From: Lachnoclostridium sp. UBA2905
GTDB taxonomy: Bacteria; Bacillota; Clostridia; Lachnospirales; Lachnospiraceae
DNA: 64,000 nt
Assembly (NCBI GenBank): GCA_002349525.1
Contig: DEDL01000032.1
Span: 60,737-124,736, forward strand
Direction: 5' to 3'
Below, piece after piece: positions 19,697 through 31,330 of this stretch. The position numbers and the translations under genes were made by a program. The number at the start of each line of letters is the position of its first letter. Positions within the stretch are counted from its first letter, which is position 1. The notes under the pieces were generated by a model, which ran no database searches, had not been told where the DNA came from, and saw only the letters and a program-made list of their open reading frames with translations.

Positions 19697-20746
19697 ATGG
19701 CTGACAGTAATAAACTTAAAGCACTGGAATCTGCACTTGCGCAGTTAGAGAAGCAGTACGGTAAGGGAACAGTTATGAAGCTTGGTGACAAGAGTGCTGC
19801 CCTTAACGTTGAGACAATATCTACAGGATCATTGAGTCTTGATATAGCTCTTGGAGTTGGAGGAGTACCAAGAGGAAGAATTATTGAGATATACGGACCG
19901 GAGTCAAGTGGTAAGACTACAGTTGCTTTACATATAGTAGCAGAGGTACAGAAGAATGGAGGAATTGCAGGATTTGTTGATGCTGAGCATGCGCTTGATC
20001 CTGTATATGCATCTAATATAGGTGTTGATATAGATAATCTTTACATTTCACAGCCTGATAATGGTGAGCAGGCATTGGAGATAACAGAGACTATGGTACG
20101 TTCAGGTGCTATGGATGTTATTATTGTTGACTCTGTTGCAGCCCTTGTTCCAAGAGCAGAGATAGATGGAGAGATGGGTGATTCACATGTGGGATTACAG
20201 GCAAGACTTATGTCACAGGCACTTCGTAAACTTACCCCTGTTGTAAGTAAGTCAGGATGTATTGTAATCTTTATCAACCAGTTACGTGAAAAGGTTGGAG
20301 TTATGTTCGGTAATCCTGAGACAACAACAGGTGGACGTGCACTTAAGTTCTACTCATCTGTAAGAATGGATGTAAGAAGAATAGAGACTCTTAAGCAGAA
20401 TGGAGAATTTATTGGTAACAGAACCAGAATTAAGGTAGTTAAGAATAAGGTTGCTCCACCATTCCAGGAGGCAGAATTTGATATTATGTTTGGTAAGGGA
20501 ATTTCCAAAGAAGGGGATATTCTTGACCTTGCAGTTAAGAAGAATGTTGTAGAGAAGAGTGGAGCCTGGTTCTCGTACAATGGCAACAAGATTGGCCAGG
20601 GACGTGAGAATGCCAAGCAGTTTCTTGCAGCTAATCCTGCAGTAGCAGACGAGATTGAAGCAAAAGTGAGAGAATTATTTGCACCGGAACCTGATAGTGA
20701 TGGAGCAGATAGCAGAGAAATGTCACCAGATATGTTTGAACAGTAA
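19697..20746 (+). CDS. recA: Recombinase A (no intein)
   Basis: 'GPESSGKTT', 'DAEHALDP', '[12 protein letters not shown]', '[10 protein letters not shown]'; 349 aa. Confidence 0.99.
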   Translation: MADSNKLKALESALAQLEKQYGKGTVMKLGDKSAALNVETISTGSLSLDIALGVGGVPRGRIIEIYGPESSGKTTVALHIVAEVQKNGGIAGFVDAEHALDPVYASNIGVDIDNLYISQPDNGEQALEITETMVRSGAMDVIIVDSVAALVPRAEIDGEMGDSHVGLQARLMSQALRKLTPVVSKSGCIVIFINQLREKVGVMFGNPETTTGGRALKFYSSVRMDVRRIETLKQNGEFIGNRTRIKVVKNKVAPPFQEAEFDIMFGKGISKEGDILDLAVKKNVVEKSGAWFSYNGNKIGQGRENAKQFLAANPAVADEIEAKVRELFAPEPDSDGADSREMSPDMFEQ

Positions 20747-20783
20747 GAAATAGTAAGAGATATAGGATTGATATGAATGGAGA

Positions 20784-21263
20784 GTGTATGCTATGGATGA
20801 GAACAATACTGAATACAAGCGTGCACTCTCTATTGCTTTAAGATTTATAAGTCATAGTGACAGAACGGAATATGAAGTGAGGCGCAGACTTGAGAAGGAA
20901 GAATTGGATGAGAACATTATTGAAGATGTCATTTCAAAACTTCTGAATGAAAGATTTTTGAATGATGCCAGATATGCAGAGTATTATATCACCTGTTACA
21001 GGGACAGAAGAAGTAAAAAAAGGATTATAAGTGATTTAAAGGGCAAGGGAATTGATGAAAGTATTATTATGAATTCCTTTGACAGCATAGTTAGTGAAGA
21101 GCCGAAGGCAGTATATAAGGCACTTGAGAAGCAGCTTATGAAACGTGGTATAGAAGATGCAGATAGTATGACCTACGAGGATAAGAGTAAGATATACGCT
21201 GCATTATTTAGACAGGGGTTTGATGCTGACGAGATTAATAGGGCATTTAGGAGCGATTACTAA
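20784..21263 (+). CDS. recX: Regulatory protein RecX
   Basis: Directly follows recA; 'ALRFISHSDRTEYEV', 'FLNDARYA', 'LFRQGF'. Start could be ATG20793. Confidence 0.88.
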   Translation: MYAMDENNTEYKRALSIALRFISHSDRTEYEVRRRLEKEELDENIIEDVISKLLNERFLNDARYAEYYITCYRDRRSKKRIISDLKGKGIDESIIMNSFDSIVSEEPKAVYKALEKQLMKRGIEDADSMTYEDKSKIYAALFRQGFDADEINRAFRSDY

Positions 21264-21283
21264 TACAATAGCTTACAACAAAC

Positions 21284-21312
21284 TTGACATAGTAATAAAA
21301 AACGTATAAAAT
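21284..21312 (+). promoter_or_regulatory. SigA-type promoter of rny
   Basis: TTGACA-17 bp-TAAAAT. Confidence 0.7.
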
Positions 21313-21364
21313 TAAAATGTTGTAATTACGTACAATGAAAATTTAATAAAAAGGAGGTGCTCCT

Positions 21365-22930
21365 GTGCCGGATACGAAATTTGTTATCGCAGCAATTGTG
21401 ATTGTCATAGTTTTGTTGATCATTGAAGCCCTTGTTGTGAAAAAGTTGGCAGTATCCTATCATGTTAAGGTTAGTGAGGCTAAGATAGGAAGTGCTGAAG
21501 ACAGAGCAAGAGAGATTATAGATGATGCATTGAAAGCGGCAGAGACGAAAAAGAGGGAAGCTTTACTTGAGGCGAAAGAGGAAACTCTTAAGAGAAAGAA
21601 TGAACTTGAAAGAGACGCCAAAGAGCAAAAGGCTGAACTGCAAAAGTTTGAAAAGAGAATTTTAACAAAAGAAGAGTCACTTGACAGAAAGATGGAATCA
21701 GTTGAGAAGAAGGAAGCGAAACTTGCTTCCAAGGAAGGTGAACTCGACAAGCTTATGAAGGAGACAGAGGATATCAAGGAAAGTCACTTAAGAGAACTTG
21801 AGAAGATTTCCGGAATGACCTCCGAACAAGCTAAAGATGTTTTACTTAAGAGTGTTGAAGATGATGTCAAACACGAAACGGCTGTTATGATTAAAGAGAT
21901 GGATCGTAACATCAAGGAAGAAGCAACAAAAAGAGCAAGAGATTATGTTGTTGGTGCAATCCAGAAGTGTGCAGCAGATCATGTCGCTGAAACAACTATA
22001 TCAGTAGTTCAGCTTCCAAGTGATGAGATGAAGGGAAGAATTATTGGTAGAGAAGGACGTAACATCAGAGCTCTTGAGACACTTACAGGTGTTGAACTTA
22101 TTATTGATGATACTCCGGAAGCAGTTGTATTATCAGGATTTGATCCTATCAGAAGAGAAGTTGCAAGAATTGCACTTGAAAAGCTTATTGTTGATGGAAG
22201 AATTCATCCAGCAAGAATTGAAGAGATGGTAGAAAAGGCCCAGAAGGAAGTTGAGAATCTCATTCGTGAAGAGGGAGAGGCTGCAACTCTTGAGGTTGGC
22301 GTACATGGAATTCACCCTGAACTTATTAAGTTACTTGGTAGAATGAAATTCAGAACAAGTTTTGGACAGAACGCATTGAAACATTCAATTGAAGTTTCAC
22401 ATTTATCTGGTTTACTTGCCGGAGAAGTTGGTGTGGATGTCAGACTTGCAAAGCGTGCAGGATTACTTCATGATATTGGTAAAGCAGTTGACCATGATAT
22501 GGAGGGATCACATATTCAGCTTGGTGTTGAACTTTGTAAAAAGTATAAGGAATCACCAATCATTATTAATGCTGTAGAAGCTCATCATGGTGATGTTGAG
22601 CCAGAGAGCTTTATTGCATGTCTTGTTCAGGCAGCGGATGCTATATCAGCAGCCAGACCTGGAGCAAGAAGAGAGACTCTTGAAACATATACTACAAGAC
22701 TTAAACAGCTTGAAGATATTGCCAACAGCTTTAAGGGCGTTGAAAAATCTTTCGCTATTCAGGCCGGTAGAGAAATCAGAGTCATGGTTGTACCAGAACA
22801 GATTAGTGATGACGATATGGTATTACTTGCAAGAGATATGGCTAAGCAGATTGAAGATGAATTGCAGTATCCTGGACAGATTAAGGTTAATATTATCAGA
22901 GAGTCCAGAGCAATTGATTATGCTAAGTAA
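21365..22930 (+). CDS. rny: Ribonuclease Y
   Basis: N-terminal TM, coiled coil, KH '[13 protein letters not shown]', HD 'LLHDIGK', '[10 protein letters not shown]'. Confidence 0.98.
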   Translation: MPDTKFVIAAIVIVIVLLIIEALVVKKLAVSYHVKVSEAKIGSAEDRAREIIDDALKAAETKKREALLEAKEETLKRKNELERDAKEQKAELQKFEKRILTKEESLDRKMESVEKKEAKLASKEGELDKLMKETEDIKESHLRELEKISGMTSEQAKDVLLKSVEDDVKHETAVMIKEMDRNIKEEATKRARDYVVGAIQKCAADHVAETTISVVQLPSDEMKGRIIGREGRNIRALETLTGVELIIDDTPEAVVLSGFDPIRREVARIALEKLIVDGRIHPARIEEMVEKAQKEVENLIREEGEAATLEVGVHGIHPELIKLLGRMKFRTSFGQNALKHSIEVSHLSGLLAGEVGVDVRLAKRAGLLHDIGKAVDHDMEGSHIQLGVELCKKYKESPIIINAVEAHHGDVEPESFIACLVQAADAISAARPGARRETLETYTTRLKQLEDIANSFKGVEKSFAIQAGREIRVMVVPEQISDDDMVLLARDMAKQIEDELQYPGQIKVNIIRESRAIDYAK

Positions 22931-22952
22931 AATGTATCAGGCTTGAATCATT

Positions 22953-22990
22953 AAAATCCGTTATGCAGATTTTGCATAACGGATTTTTTT
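22953..22990 (+). terminator. Intrinsic terminator after rny
   Basis: AAAATCCGTTATGCA / TGCATAACGGATTTT plus T-run. Confidence 0.9.
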
Positions 22991-23006
22991 TGTACATATA
23001 GTATAA

Positions 23007-23984
23007 GTGAATATTGTAATATTATGGGCTGCTTTATCTATGATTAATGAGTTATGTGTGTGTACTGATAAAAATGTTGGGAAGAAAAGACATAATTACA
23101 GGCTGCACATCATTTTGAAAATTCCTGCAATTATGATTTTTTTGTCTTTTATTATCATATTGAATAATGGAATTAGATATTATTATCATATCAAAACATA
23201 TGATGGAAAAGTTGAATATTCAGGTGAGATGCGAAATATTAATATGACAGACGAAGAGGTGGAAGAGCTATATGTGCTTAGTGAGAAAACAGTAAAGACG
23301 AATAAAAGAGTTATTGCAGATATTGTATATGAAAATATGTTTAAGGCATATACAGAAGGGAACATTTTAAAAAAACAAAAACAGAATAATGTACTTTTTA
23401 GAATGTGTGTTGATTTATTTGCAAAAGAAGCATATGAAAAGTGCTATGAAATATATGAGAGCCTTATGGAAGGCAATAAGGTTTTTCCGGTTGCTACAGA
23501 TGGGAGTGATAATTCCGGGAAAAAAGTATATGGATATGAGGATTCCTGGGGTTTTGACAGAAGCTATGGTGGAGACAGAAAACATGAGGGAACAGATATT
23601 ATGTCGGCTTCCGGAATACGTGGTGAGCTTCCGCTTATAAGTATATGTGACGGCATTGTGGAAAAATGTGGTTGGTTAGAATTAGGTGGTTACAGAGTGG
23701 GTATAAGAAGTGATAATGGAGCCTACATGTATTACGCACACCTTGCACAATATGCAGACGGAATTAAAGAGGGTAAGGTGGTTAAAGCCGGTGAAGTTCT
23801 TGGAACCATGGGGGATACAGGCTACAGTAAGGTTCAGGGGACAAGTGGTAATTTTGAAGTACATCTGCATTTTGGAATGTATATAAATGATGATAAAAGT
23901 GAGATAAGCTATAATCCCTATAATATTTTGAGAGCACTTGAAAAATGCGTTAAAAAGTATATTTCAATTGACAAGATATTGTGA
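23007..23984 (+). CDS. M23 family metallopeptidase with N-terminal membrane anchor
   Basis: 'HEGTD' (HxxxD), 'YAHL', 'HLHFG' (HxH); start uncertain. Confidence 0.85.
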   Translation: MNIVILWAALSMINELCVCTDKNVGKKRHNYRLHIILKIPAIMIFLSFIIILNNGIRYYYHIKTYDGKVEYSGEMRNINMTDEEVEELYVLSEKTVKTNKRVIADIVYENMFKAYTEGNILKKQKQNNVLFRMCVDLFAKEAYEKCYEIYESLMEGNKVFPVATDGSDNSGKKVYGYEDSWGFDRSYGGDRKHEGTDIMSASGIRGELPLISICDGIVEKCGWLELGGYRVGIRSDNGAYMYYAHLAQYADGIKEGKVVKAGEVLGTMGDTGYSKVQGTSGNFEVHLHFGMYINDDKSEISYNPYNILRALEKCVKKYISIDKIL

Positions 23985-23996
23985 AATGTATATCAT
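23968..23996 (+). promoter_or_regulatory. Probable lysA promoter
   Basis: TTGACA-17 bp-TATCAT. Confidence 0.6.
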
Positions 23997-24034
23997 AATA
24001 AGGAAAAAGAGAAAATAGGAAATGAGGTTAAGAC

Positions 24035-25300
24035 ATGAAGAAACCATTCGTTACCAAGGAACAGATAGAAGAAATAGTTAAAACTTATCCAACACCTTTT
24101 CATATATATGATGAAAAAGGTATAAGAGAGAATGCAAGAAAGCTTAAGGAAGCTTTTTCATGGAATAAGGGATTCAGAGAATATTTTGCTGTTAAAGCAA
24201 CACCAAACCCATTTATAATAAACATTCTTAAGGAAGAAGGATGTGGAGTTGACTGTTCATCATTGACAGAGCTTATGTTATCAGAAGCACTTGATCTGAA
24301 AGGCAGTGACATAATGTTTTCTTCAAATGTTACTCCTGCTGAGGAATATGTTAAAGCCAAAGAATTAGGAGCATATATCAACCTTGATGACTATACACAT
24401 ATAGATTTTCTTGATGAAGTTGCAGGAATACCTGAGACAATCTGCTGCAGATACAATCCAGGTGGAGTATTTTCACTTGGAACACATATTATGGACAACC
24501 CTGGTGATGCCAAGTATGGTATGACTAAGGAGCAGATGAAGGATGCATATAAGAAGCTTATGGCAAAGGGAGCTAAGCATTTTGGTATACATTCATTCCT
24601 GGCAAGTAACACTGTAGATAACACATATTATCCAACACTTGCCAAGATATTATTTGAGCTTGCTGTATGGCTTAAGAATGAAACAGGTGCTCACATCAGT
24701 TTCATTAACCTTTCAGGTGGAGTTGGAATTCCATATACACCAGATAAAGAGCCTAATGATATTATGGTAATTGGTGAAGGTGTAAGAAAGGCATATGAGG
24801 AAGTTCTTGTGCCAGCAGGAATGGGAGATGTTGCCATCTTTACAGAGCTTGGAAGATTTATGCTTGCACCATATGGAGCACTTATTACCAAGGCAATACA
24901 TGAGAAACACATTTATAAAGAGTATATAGGTGTGGATGCATGTGCAGCAAATCTTATGCGTCCTGCAATGTACGGGGCATATCATCATATTACTGTTCTT
25001 GGTAAGGAGAATGAGCCATGTGACCATAAGTATGATGTAACAGGTTCACTTTGTGAGAACAATGACAAATTTGCTGTGGACAGAATGCTTCCTAAGATTG
25101 ACATGGGAGATTATCTTAACATTCATGATGCAGGTGCACACGGATTTTCAATGGGATATAATTATAATGGAAGACTTCGTTCAGCAGAGCTTCTTTTAGA
25201 GGAAGATGGCCAGGTCAAGATGATAAGACGTGCAGAGACACCTAAGGATTATTTTGCTACATTTGATTTCTGTGACATACTTAAAAACATGAAATATTAA
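24035..25300 (+). CDS. lysA: Diaminopimelate decarboxylase
   Basis: 'FAVKATPN' (PLP Lys), 'INLSGGVG', 'ELGRF', 'GSLCENND', 'YNYNGR'. Confidence 0.92.
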   Translation: MKKPFVTKEQIEEIVKTYPTPFHIYDEKGIRENARKLKEAFSWNKGFREYFAVKATPNPFIINILKEEGCGVDCSSLTELMLSEALDLKGSDIMFSSNVTPAEEYVKAKELGAYINLDDYTHIDFLDEVAGIPETICCRYNPGGVFSLGTHIMDNPGDAKYGMTKEQMKDAYKKLMAKGAKHFGIHSFLASNTVDNTYYPTLAKILFELAVWLKNETGAHISFINLSGGVGIPYTPDKEPNDIMVIGEGVRKAYEEVLVPAGMGDVAIFTELGRFMLAPYGALITKAIHEKHIYKEYIGVDACAANLMRPAMYGAYHHITVLGKENEPCDHKYDVTGSLCENNDKFAVDRMLPKIDMGDYLNIHDAGAHGFSMGYNYNGRLRSAELLLEEDGQVKMIRRAETPKDYFATFDFCDILKNMKY

Positions 25301-25320
25301 TTATCGATATTTATAACAGT

Positions 25321-25362
25321 AACGGGGCTGTATCATTTTATGGGAAGGACAGCTCCGTTTTT
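25321..25362 (+). terminator. Intrinsic terminator after lysA
   Basis: AACGGGGCTGT / ACAGCTCCGTT plus TTT. Confidence 0.75.
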
Positions 25363-25441
25363 GTATATTGCATATGAGAAGGCAGGGTAACAAATCTGTA
25401 TGATATGAATAATATATTATAATTTATATCAGGCAGGTGTT

Positions 25442-26362
25442 GTGATGCAGCGTGTGGCAAGTATTGTAGACCTTAAATATGCTCATGACAGAAAAATATA
25501 TGGACAGGGAATTAATGTTTGTGTAGTGGATTCAGGAATTGCACCGCATAAAGACCTTATGAACAATAAGGGACGCAGGCTTATAGCATCATATGATACA
25601 GTGAATGGTCTGTCTGACTTTTATGACGATAGTGGACATGGAACTCACGTTGCAGGAATCATTGGTGCCGGTGGTACAGCTTTCAGAGGAATGGCACCGG
25701 AATGTGGACTGATTAGTGTAAAGGTTTTGAAGGATGATGGCGGTGGAAAAATGGCAGATGTCATAAGAGGACTGGAATGGATTCTTCAAAACTGGAAAAA
25801 ATACAATATAAGAATTGTTAACATATCTGTAGGAGCAGGAAGTGAAAAATATGATAATAATTCAGATATTGTGAAAATTGTGGAGAATCTCTGGGACCTG
25901 GGACTTGTAGTCATCGTAGCAGCTGGTAACAGGGGGCCGGGACAAAGTACAGTAAGTATACCTGGTACGAGTCGCAAGATAATAACAGTAGGTGCATCTG
26001 ATGACGATATCAGAGTTTACAGCCATAGGATGAGCATGCAGCATTATTCGGGAAGGGGCCCTACGGCAGAATGTATTATGAAACCTGATATAGTGGCTCC
26101 GGGGTCAGGAATATTATCATTAAGCATGACTAAAAAAATGAGCCGATATGCTATAAAAAGCGGTACTTCAATGGCAACTCCTGTTGTAAGCGGGGCAGTT
26201 GCACTATTATTATCAAAATACCCTGAACTTAGTAACAGGGATGTGAAAATCAGGTTGAAGAATACTGTACTTGATCTTTCTCTTCCACACGAAAAACAGG
26301 GATGGGGTCTTGTAAATGTAAAAACGCTTTTAGAAGGGAAGCGGGGATCACAGACAGTGTAA
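25442..26362 (+). CDS. S8 (subtilisin-like) serine peptidase, catalytic domain only
   Basis: Catalytic triad 'VVDSG', 'HGTHVAG', 'GTSMATP'; oxyanion Asn in 'AAGN'. Confidence 0.92.
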   Translation: MMQRVASIVDLKYAHDRKIYGQGINVCVVDSGIAPHKDLMNNKGRRLIASYDTVNGLSDFYDDSGHGTHVAGIIGAGGTAFRGMAPECGLISVKVLKDDGGGKMADVIRGLEWILQNWKKYNIRIVNISVGAGSEKYDNNSDIVKIVENLWDLGLVVIVAAGNRGPGQSTVSIPGTSRKIITVGASDDDIRVYSHRMSMQHYSGRGPTAECIMKPDIVAPGSGILSLSMTKKMSRYAIKSGTSMATPVVSGAVALLLSKYPELSNRDVKIRLKNTVLDLSLPHEKQGWGLVNVKTLLEGKRGSQTV

Positions 26363-26392
26363 TGTCTGTGGGGTTCAAAAGGGAAGCTGACT

Positions 26393-28210
26393 ATGAAAAA
26401 AATAGTATTGGATATTTATAATATTATTAAATCTAATTTTAAAAGTATTTTCATTTTTGAAATTATATATAGAGTAGTATCATTAACTGTTCTGGTAAGA
26501 ATTTTTGAAATTGCAGTTGGCTATATTCTGAAAGGAAGCGGCAACAGTTATCTTAATCCTAAAAATATAGGAACAATTTTTACTAATCCTTTGACTTATC
26601 CGGTTCTGATAGGAATGATACTGATACTGATTTTAGTTGGGGCATATGAAATGGCGGTGCTTTATGAGGGCTTTAGTGCCGCAGCCACAGGAAGCAACAC
26701 AAGAATTACTGCAATGACATTTGGTGGACTTAAGAGATTTGCCAGAATGTTTTATGGGAAAAACCTGCCTGTAGTGGCACTTAATGCACTGTTACTTTAT
26801 GGTATACAGATGATTAACATATATGAATTGTCAGAATTGTCACGGCGGGGATCAGATATTATGAAGGTTATTGCAGGTACAAAGGCCCTTAGATTTCTGT
26901 GTGTTATTATTGTGGCAGCTGCTGTTGCAGGAATTGTGATTACAATGTTTGCCCTGTGTTACCAGACATATGGGGATAATACAGGTAAGCAGAGTGAGGA
27001 ACCTTCAATATATCAGAAGGGAAGGAAGTTTTACCAAAAAAGAATTTTCAGGCTTGTTTGTATATTTTTTGCAGAAATGGTGGCCTTAACCGCTTTATTT
27101 TTTCTGGCGTATTTTATATGCATGGTTGTTGTTGCCTGCCTTGTTGTAGTATTTGCTCCGGACAAGTATGAAATGATACTTGTGGATGTACTTGGACGTA
27201 ATATCAAGATGCTCCTTGTGTTTTTTAACAGTGCGATAGCGTCTTTGGTATGTGTGGGAAGTATTACAGGCATATTTTTTCATTATGAGCATGAAATAAA
27301 GGCTGAAATACCGGTTAATCCCGGTTACAAGGCTGCTCCCTGGAAGAAAAAAATGTTTAAAATAACAGGTATTGTTATTCTTGTTGGAACAGTTGTGAGT
27401 ATATTTGACGTAGTTGTTAATGGTAACAGAACAATTGACAATATATTTGGCAATGTAGCCATAACTGCCCACAGGGGAAACTCCGGGGAAGCACCGGAAA
27501 ATACAATACCTGCCATGGAAAAAGCAATAGACTCGTTTGCTGACTACGCAGAGATAGATGTGCGTGAAACAAGTGACGGTGAGATTGTTGTAATGCATGA
27601 CCTTAGTGTGTACAGGACAACTGGTGTTAGGAATAATGTGTCTGATATGACCCTTGATGAAATAGAAAAGTTAGATGCAGGGTCCTTTTATTCCAGGGAA
27701 TATGCAGGTACCGGAGTCCCTACATTGAGGGAAGTATTAAAGGAATGCAAGGGAAAGATAAATCTTATTATAGAGATTAAGACAAATAGAAAAGATAGTG
27801 ACGACTATATTCATAACATAATTGAAATGGTAAAGGATATGAAAATGGAGGAGCAGTGTATGTTCCAGTCGGGCACATATTCGGTCTTAAAGGAAATTAA
27901 AAAGGAAGACCTTGACTTGCATACAGGATATATTGTGGCGGCAGCTTATGGAGATTATTTTAAAGATGATAATGTTGATTTTTTCAGCATAAATGCTTCG
28001 TATATTAATCAGAATAATGTGGATGCTGCACATGGTTATGGAAAGGCAGTGCTTGCATGGACAGTCAATAACAGACTTGACATGATAAGAATGAAGAATT
28101 ACGGAGTGGATGGCATCATAACAGATTATCCTGCTCTTGCAAGGGAAGTAATATATGAAAATGATGATACCCAGTCACTTGTTTCATATATAAGAATGCT
28201 TATGAAGTAG
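26393..28210 (+). CDS. Glycerophosphodiester phosphodiesterase with N-terminal membrane domain
   Basis: About 7 hydrophobic segments, then 'AHRG', 'PENT', 'EIDV', 'EIK', 'WTVN', 'IITDYP'. Confidence 0.93.
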   Translation: MKKIVLDIYNIIKSNFKSIFIFEIIYRVVSLTVLVRIFEIAVGYILKGSGNSYLNPKNIGTIFTNPLTYPVLIGMILILILVGAYEMAVLYEGFSAAATGSNTRITAMTFGGLKRFARMFYGKNLPVVALNALLLYGIQMINIYELSELSRRGSDIMKVIAGTKALRFLCVIIVAAAVAGIVITMFALCYQTYGDNTGKQSEEPSIYQKGRKFYQKRIFRLVCIFFAEMVALTALFFLAYFICMVVVACLVVVFAPDKYEMILVDVLGRNIKMLLVFFNSAIASLVCVGSITGIFFHYEHEIKAEIPVNPGYKAAPWKKKMFKITGIVILVGTVVSIFDVVVNGNRTIDNIFGNVAITAHRGNSGEAPENTIPAMEKAIDSFADYAEIDVRETSDGEIVVMHDLSVYRTTGVRNNVSDMTLDEIEKLDAGSFYSREYAGTGVPTLREVLKECKGKINLIIEIKTNRKDSDDYIHNIIEMVKDMKMEEQCMFQSGTYSVLKEIKKEDLDLHTGYIVAAAYGDYFKDDNVDFFSINASYINQNNVDAAHGYGKAVLAWTVNNRLDMIRMKNYGVDGIITDYPALAREVIYENDDTQSLVSYIRMLMK

Positions 28211-28301
28211 TTGAATTTTTAATTTAAAGTTTGTATACTATACAATAATTATACCATAAAGTAGAAGACAAAGAAGAATTACGAGGCCAGGAGGGTTATA
28301 T

Positions 28302-30614
28302 ATGGATTCCATTGAATTGATGAAATCTCCGAACAATGGCAAGAAAAAGTTCGAAGAAGATGAGAAGAAGATTATTCCCCATAATTTTGAAGAACCGGAT
28401 GTACTGTTTGAAACTCTTATTAAGGAGCTTAAGAAGTATCATCCCTCTGACGAATTAGACATAATTTTGAAGGCATATGATATAGCCAGAGAAGCACATA
28501 AGGACCAGCGTAGAAAGTCTGGTGAGCCATATATTATTCACCCAATATGTGTTGCCATTATTCTTGCACAGCTTGAGATGGACAAGGAAACTATTGTTGC
28601 CGGAATTCTTCATGATGTTGTTGAAGATACAATGTATACAGTCGAGGATATAACAAGACTGTTTGGAGAAGAAATTGCACTGTTAGTTGATGGTGTTACA
28701 AAGCTTACCCAGCTCAATTATAAGGCTGATAAAGTTGAAAGACAGGCGGAAAATTTGAGAAAGATGTTCTTAGCCATGGCCAAGGACATAAGAGTAATAC
28801 TTATAAAGTTAGCTGACCGACTTCATAATATGAGAACTCTTGAATTTATGAAACCTGAAAAGCAGAAGGAAAAGGCACGTGAGACCATGGATATATATTC
28901 TCCAATTGCTCACAGACTTGGTATATCCAAGGTTAAGGTGGAATTGGATGATTTGTCCTTAAAGTACCTTGAACCGGAAGTTTACAATGATCTCAGCGAG
29001 AAACTGGACTCCCTTAGAGTTGAAAGGGAAACCTTTATAAAAGAGATAGTAAACGATGTAAGTGAGAATATTAAGGATGCTGGAATAGAAGCCACAATTG
29101 AGGGACGTACCAAGCATTTGTTCTCAATATACAGGAAAATGAAGAACCAGAATAAGACACTGGATCAGATATATGATTTATTTGCAGTAAGAATTATAGT
29201 GGAAAATGATCAGCAGTGCTACGCAGCATTGGGTGTAATTCATGAGATGTACAAGCCGATCCCAGGCAGATTTAAGGATTATATTGCAATGCCTAAACAG
29301 AATATGTACCAGTCACTGCATACAACACTTATAGGACCTAAGGGCCAGCCTTTTGAAATACAGATACGAACCTACGACATGCACAGAACTGCTGAATATG
29401 GTATCGCAGCCCATTGGAAATATAAAGAGGGAATTGACGGTAAGGAAAGCAGGGACAACGAAGAGGCAAAGCTTACCTGGCTCAGGGAAATATTAGAGTG
29501 GCAGCATGAAATGTCAGATAATAAGGAATTCATGAGTCTCTTAAAAAGTGACCTTGATCTTTTCTCTGACAGTGTATATGCATTTACACCAACAGGAGAT
29601 GTTAAAAATCTTCCGGCTGGTTCTACACCAATAGATTTTGCATACAGTATTCATAGTGCTGTAGGTAATAAGATGGTTGGAGCAAGGGTTAATGGAAAAC
29701 TGGTTACAATTGATTACCAGATTCAGAATGGAGACCGAATTGAGATAATAACATCCCAGAATTCCAAGGGACCAAGCCGTGACTGGCTTAACATTGTTAA
29801 AAGTACCCAGGCCAAGAACAAGATTAATCAGTGGTTTAAAAGAGAATTTAAGGAAGAGAACATTGCCAGGGGTAAGGAGCTTGTTCTCACATATGCTAAA
29901 AATAAGGGAATACCGATTTACGATATACTTAAGCCTGAATATCAGGAAAAATGTCTGAGAAAATATGGTTTCAGAGATTGGGATGCACTTCTTGCATCAA
30001 TTGGACATGGCGGACTTAAGGAAGGCCAGATAGTTAATAAGCTGTATGAGTCATATAAGAAGAAAAATATTGAAAATATGACTAACAAACAGGTGATTGA
30101 GCAGCTTGAAGAGAATAACATTAAGGCTCAGGAGAATTCAGGCAGCAAATCACACAAAAAGAGTGGAATAATTGTAGAAGGAATTGATGACCTTGCAGTA
30201 AGATTTTCAAAATGCTGCAGTCCTGTTCCGGGAGATGAGATTATTGGATTTGTTACAAGAGGAAGAGGAATATCAATTCACCGCACTGACTGTGTTAACA
30301 TTATGAACCTTCCGGCAGAAGACAGAAAGAGATTTATTGAAGCTGAATGGAGAACTTCAGAGAACAAATCTGATAAAGAGATGTATGCTACAGAAATTGT
30401 GGTATACTGTAATAACAGAAGTGGTATTTTATTTGATATTACAAAGATATTTACCGAAAGGGAAATAGATGTCAAGTCAATGAATGTGCGAACATCGAAA
30501 AAGGGCACAGCAACAATTAACATTGGTTTTGAGGTTGAAAGTAAGGAATACCTTAGAAGCCTTGTTGAGAAAATAAGAAACGTGGAAAGTGTTATTGATA
30601 TACAGAGAGCATAA
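28302..30614 (+). CDS. relA: Long RSH (p)ppGpp synthetase/hydrolase
   Basis: HD 'RKSGEPYIIHP...LHDVVED', SYNTH 'GRTKHLFS', 'YQSLHT', TGS and ACT domains. Confidence 0.98.
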   Translation: MDSIELMKSPNNGKKKFEEDEKKIIPHNFEEPDVLFETLIKELKKYHPSDELDIILKAYDIAREAHKDQRRKSGEPYIIHPICVAIILAQLEMDKETIVAGILHDVVEDTMYTVEDITRLFGEEIALLVDGVTKLTQLNYKADKVERQAENLRKMFLAMAKDIRVILIKLADRLHNMRTLEFMKPEKQKEKARETMDIYSPIAHRLGISKVKVELDDLSLKYLEPEVYNDLSEKLDSLRVERETFIKEIVNDVSENIKDAGIEATIEGRTKHLFSIYRKMKNQNKTLDQIYDLFAVRIIVENDQQCYAALGVIHEMYKPIPGRFKDYIAMPKQNMYQSLHTTLIGPKGQPFEIQIRTYDMHRTAEYGIAAHWKYKEGIDGKESRDNEEAKLTWLREILEWQHEMSDNKEFMSLLKSDLDLFSDSVYAFTPTGDVKNLPAGSTPIDFAYSIHSAVGNKMVGARVNGKLVTIDYQIQNGDRIEIITSQNSKGPSRDWLNIVKSTQAKNKINQWFKREFKEENIARGKELVLTYAKNKGIPIYDILKPEYQEKCLRKYGFRDWDALLASIGHGGLKEGQIVNKLYESYKKKNIENMTNKQVIEQLEENNIKAQENSGSKSHKKSGIIVEGIDDLAVRFSKCCSPVPGDEIIGFVTRGRGISIHRTDCVNIMNLPAEDRKRFIEAEWRTSENKSDKEMYATEIVVYCNNRSGILFDITKIFTEREIDVKSMNVRTSKKGTATINIGFEVESKEYLRSLVEKIRNVESVIDIQRA

Positions 30615-30659
30615 TAAGTGCTGTATGCGTGACCGGCATTGTTTCTTTGGAAATGAGGA

Positions 30660-31286
30660 ATGGAATTGTATCTTAAAAGAATAGTTGTTGGAGATATAGG
30701 AACGAATTGTTATGTTGCAGGTAAAGCTGACACAGATGGATGTGTAATAATAGATCCGGGTGCAGATGCAGATAAAATAGCATCTGTGATTCTTGCTGAT
30801 GGCAGGAAGCCGGAGGCTATATTGCTTACCCATGGTCATTTTGACCATATTGGCGGAGTAAAGGAACTGAAGGAAAGAATGGATATTCCGGTAGTTGCCT
30901 GTATAGACGAAAAGAATACACTTATTGACCCCGACATAAATCTTTCAGCAGCATTTGGCAGAGCTTTTGCGTCGGATGCTGATGTATGGGTTAAGGATAA
31001 GGACGTTATAGAATATGCAGGACTTACCTTTGTGGTTTATCAGACTCCGGGACATACGATTGGCAGTGTCTGCTATTATGTTGAAAGCGAAGGGCTTCTT
31101 TTTTCTGGAGATACACTCTTTGAGGGCTCAGTTGGAAGAACGGATTTTCCAACTGGAAGCAGCAGAATGCTGGCAGACTCAATTAAGAAAAAGCTCTTTT
31201 TGCTGCCTGATGAGGTTGATGTGTACACAGGACATGGTGGATCAACCAATATCGGTGAAGAGAAAAGATCAAACATGTATATCTGA
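30660..31286 (+). CDS. MBL-fold metallo-hydrolase (glyoxalase II-like)
   Basis: 'THGHFDHIGG', 'TPGHT', 'FSGDTLF', 'GRTD'. Confidence 0.92.
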   Translation: MELYLKRIVVGDIGTNCYVAGKADTDGCVIIDPGADADKIASVILADGRKPEAILLTHGHFDHIGGVKELKERMDIPVVACIDEKNTLIDPDINLSAAFGRAFASDADVWVKDKDVIEYAGLTFVVYQTPGHTIGSVCYYVESEGLLFSGDTLFEGSVGRTDFPTGSSRMLADSIKKKLFLLPDEVDVYTGHGGSTNIGEEKRSNMYI

Positions 31287-31330
31287 TAAGAAAATTTTAA
31301 TATAATAAGATTATTACGCAGGTTTAAGAT

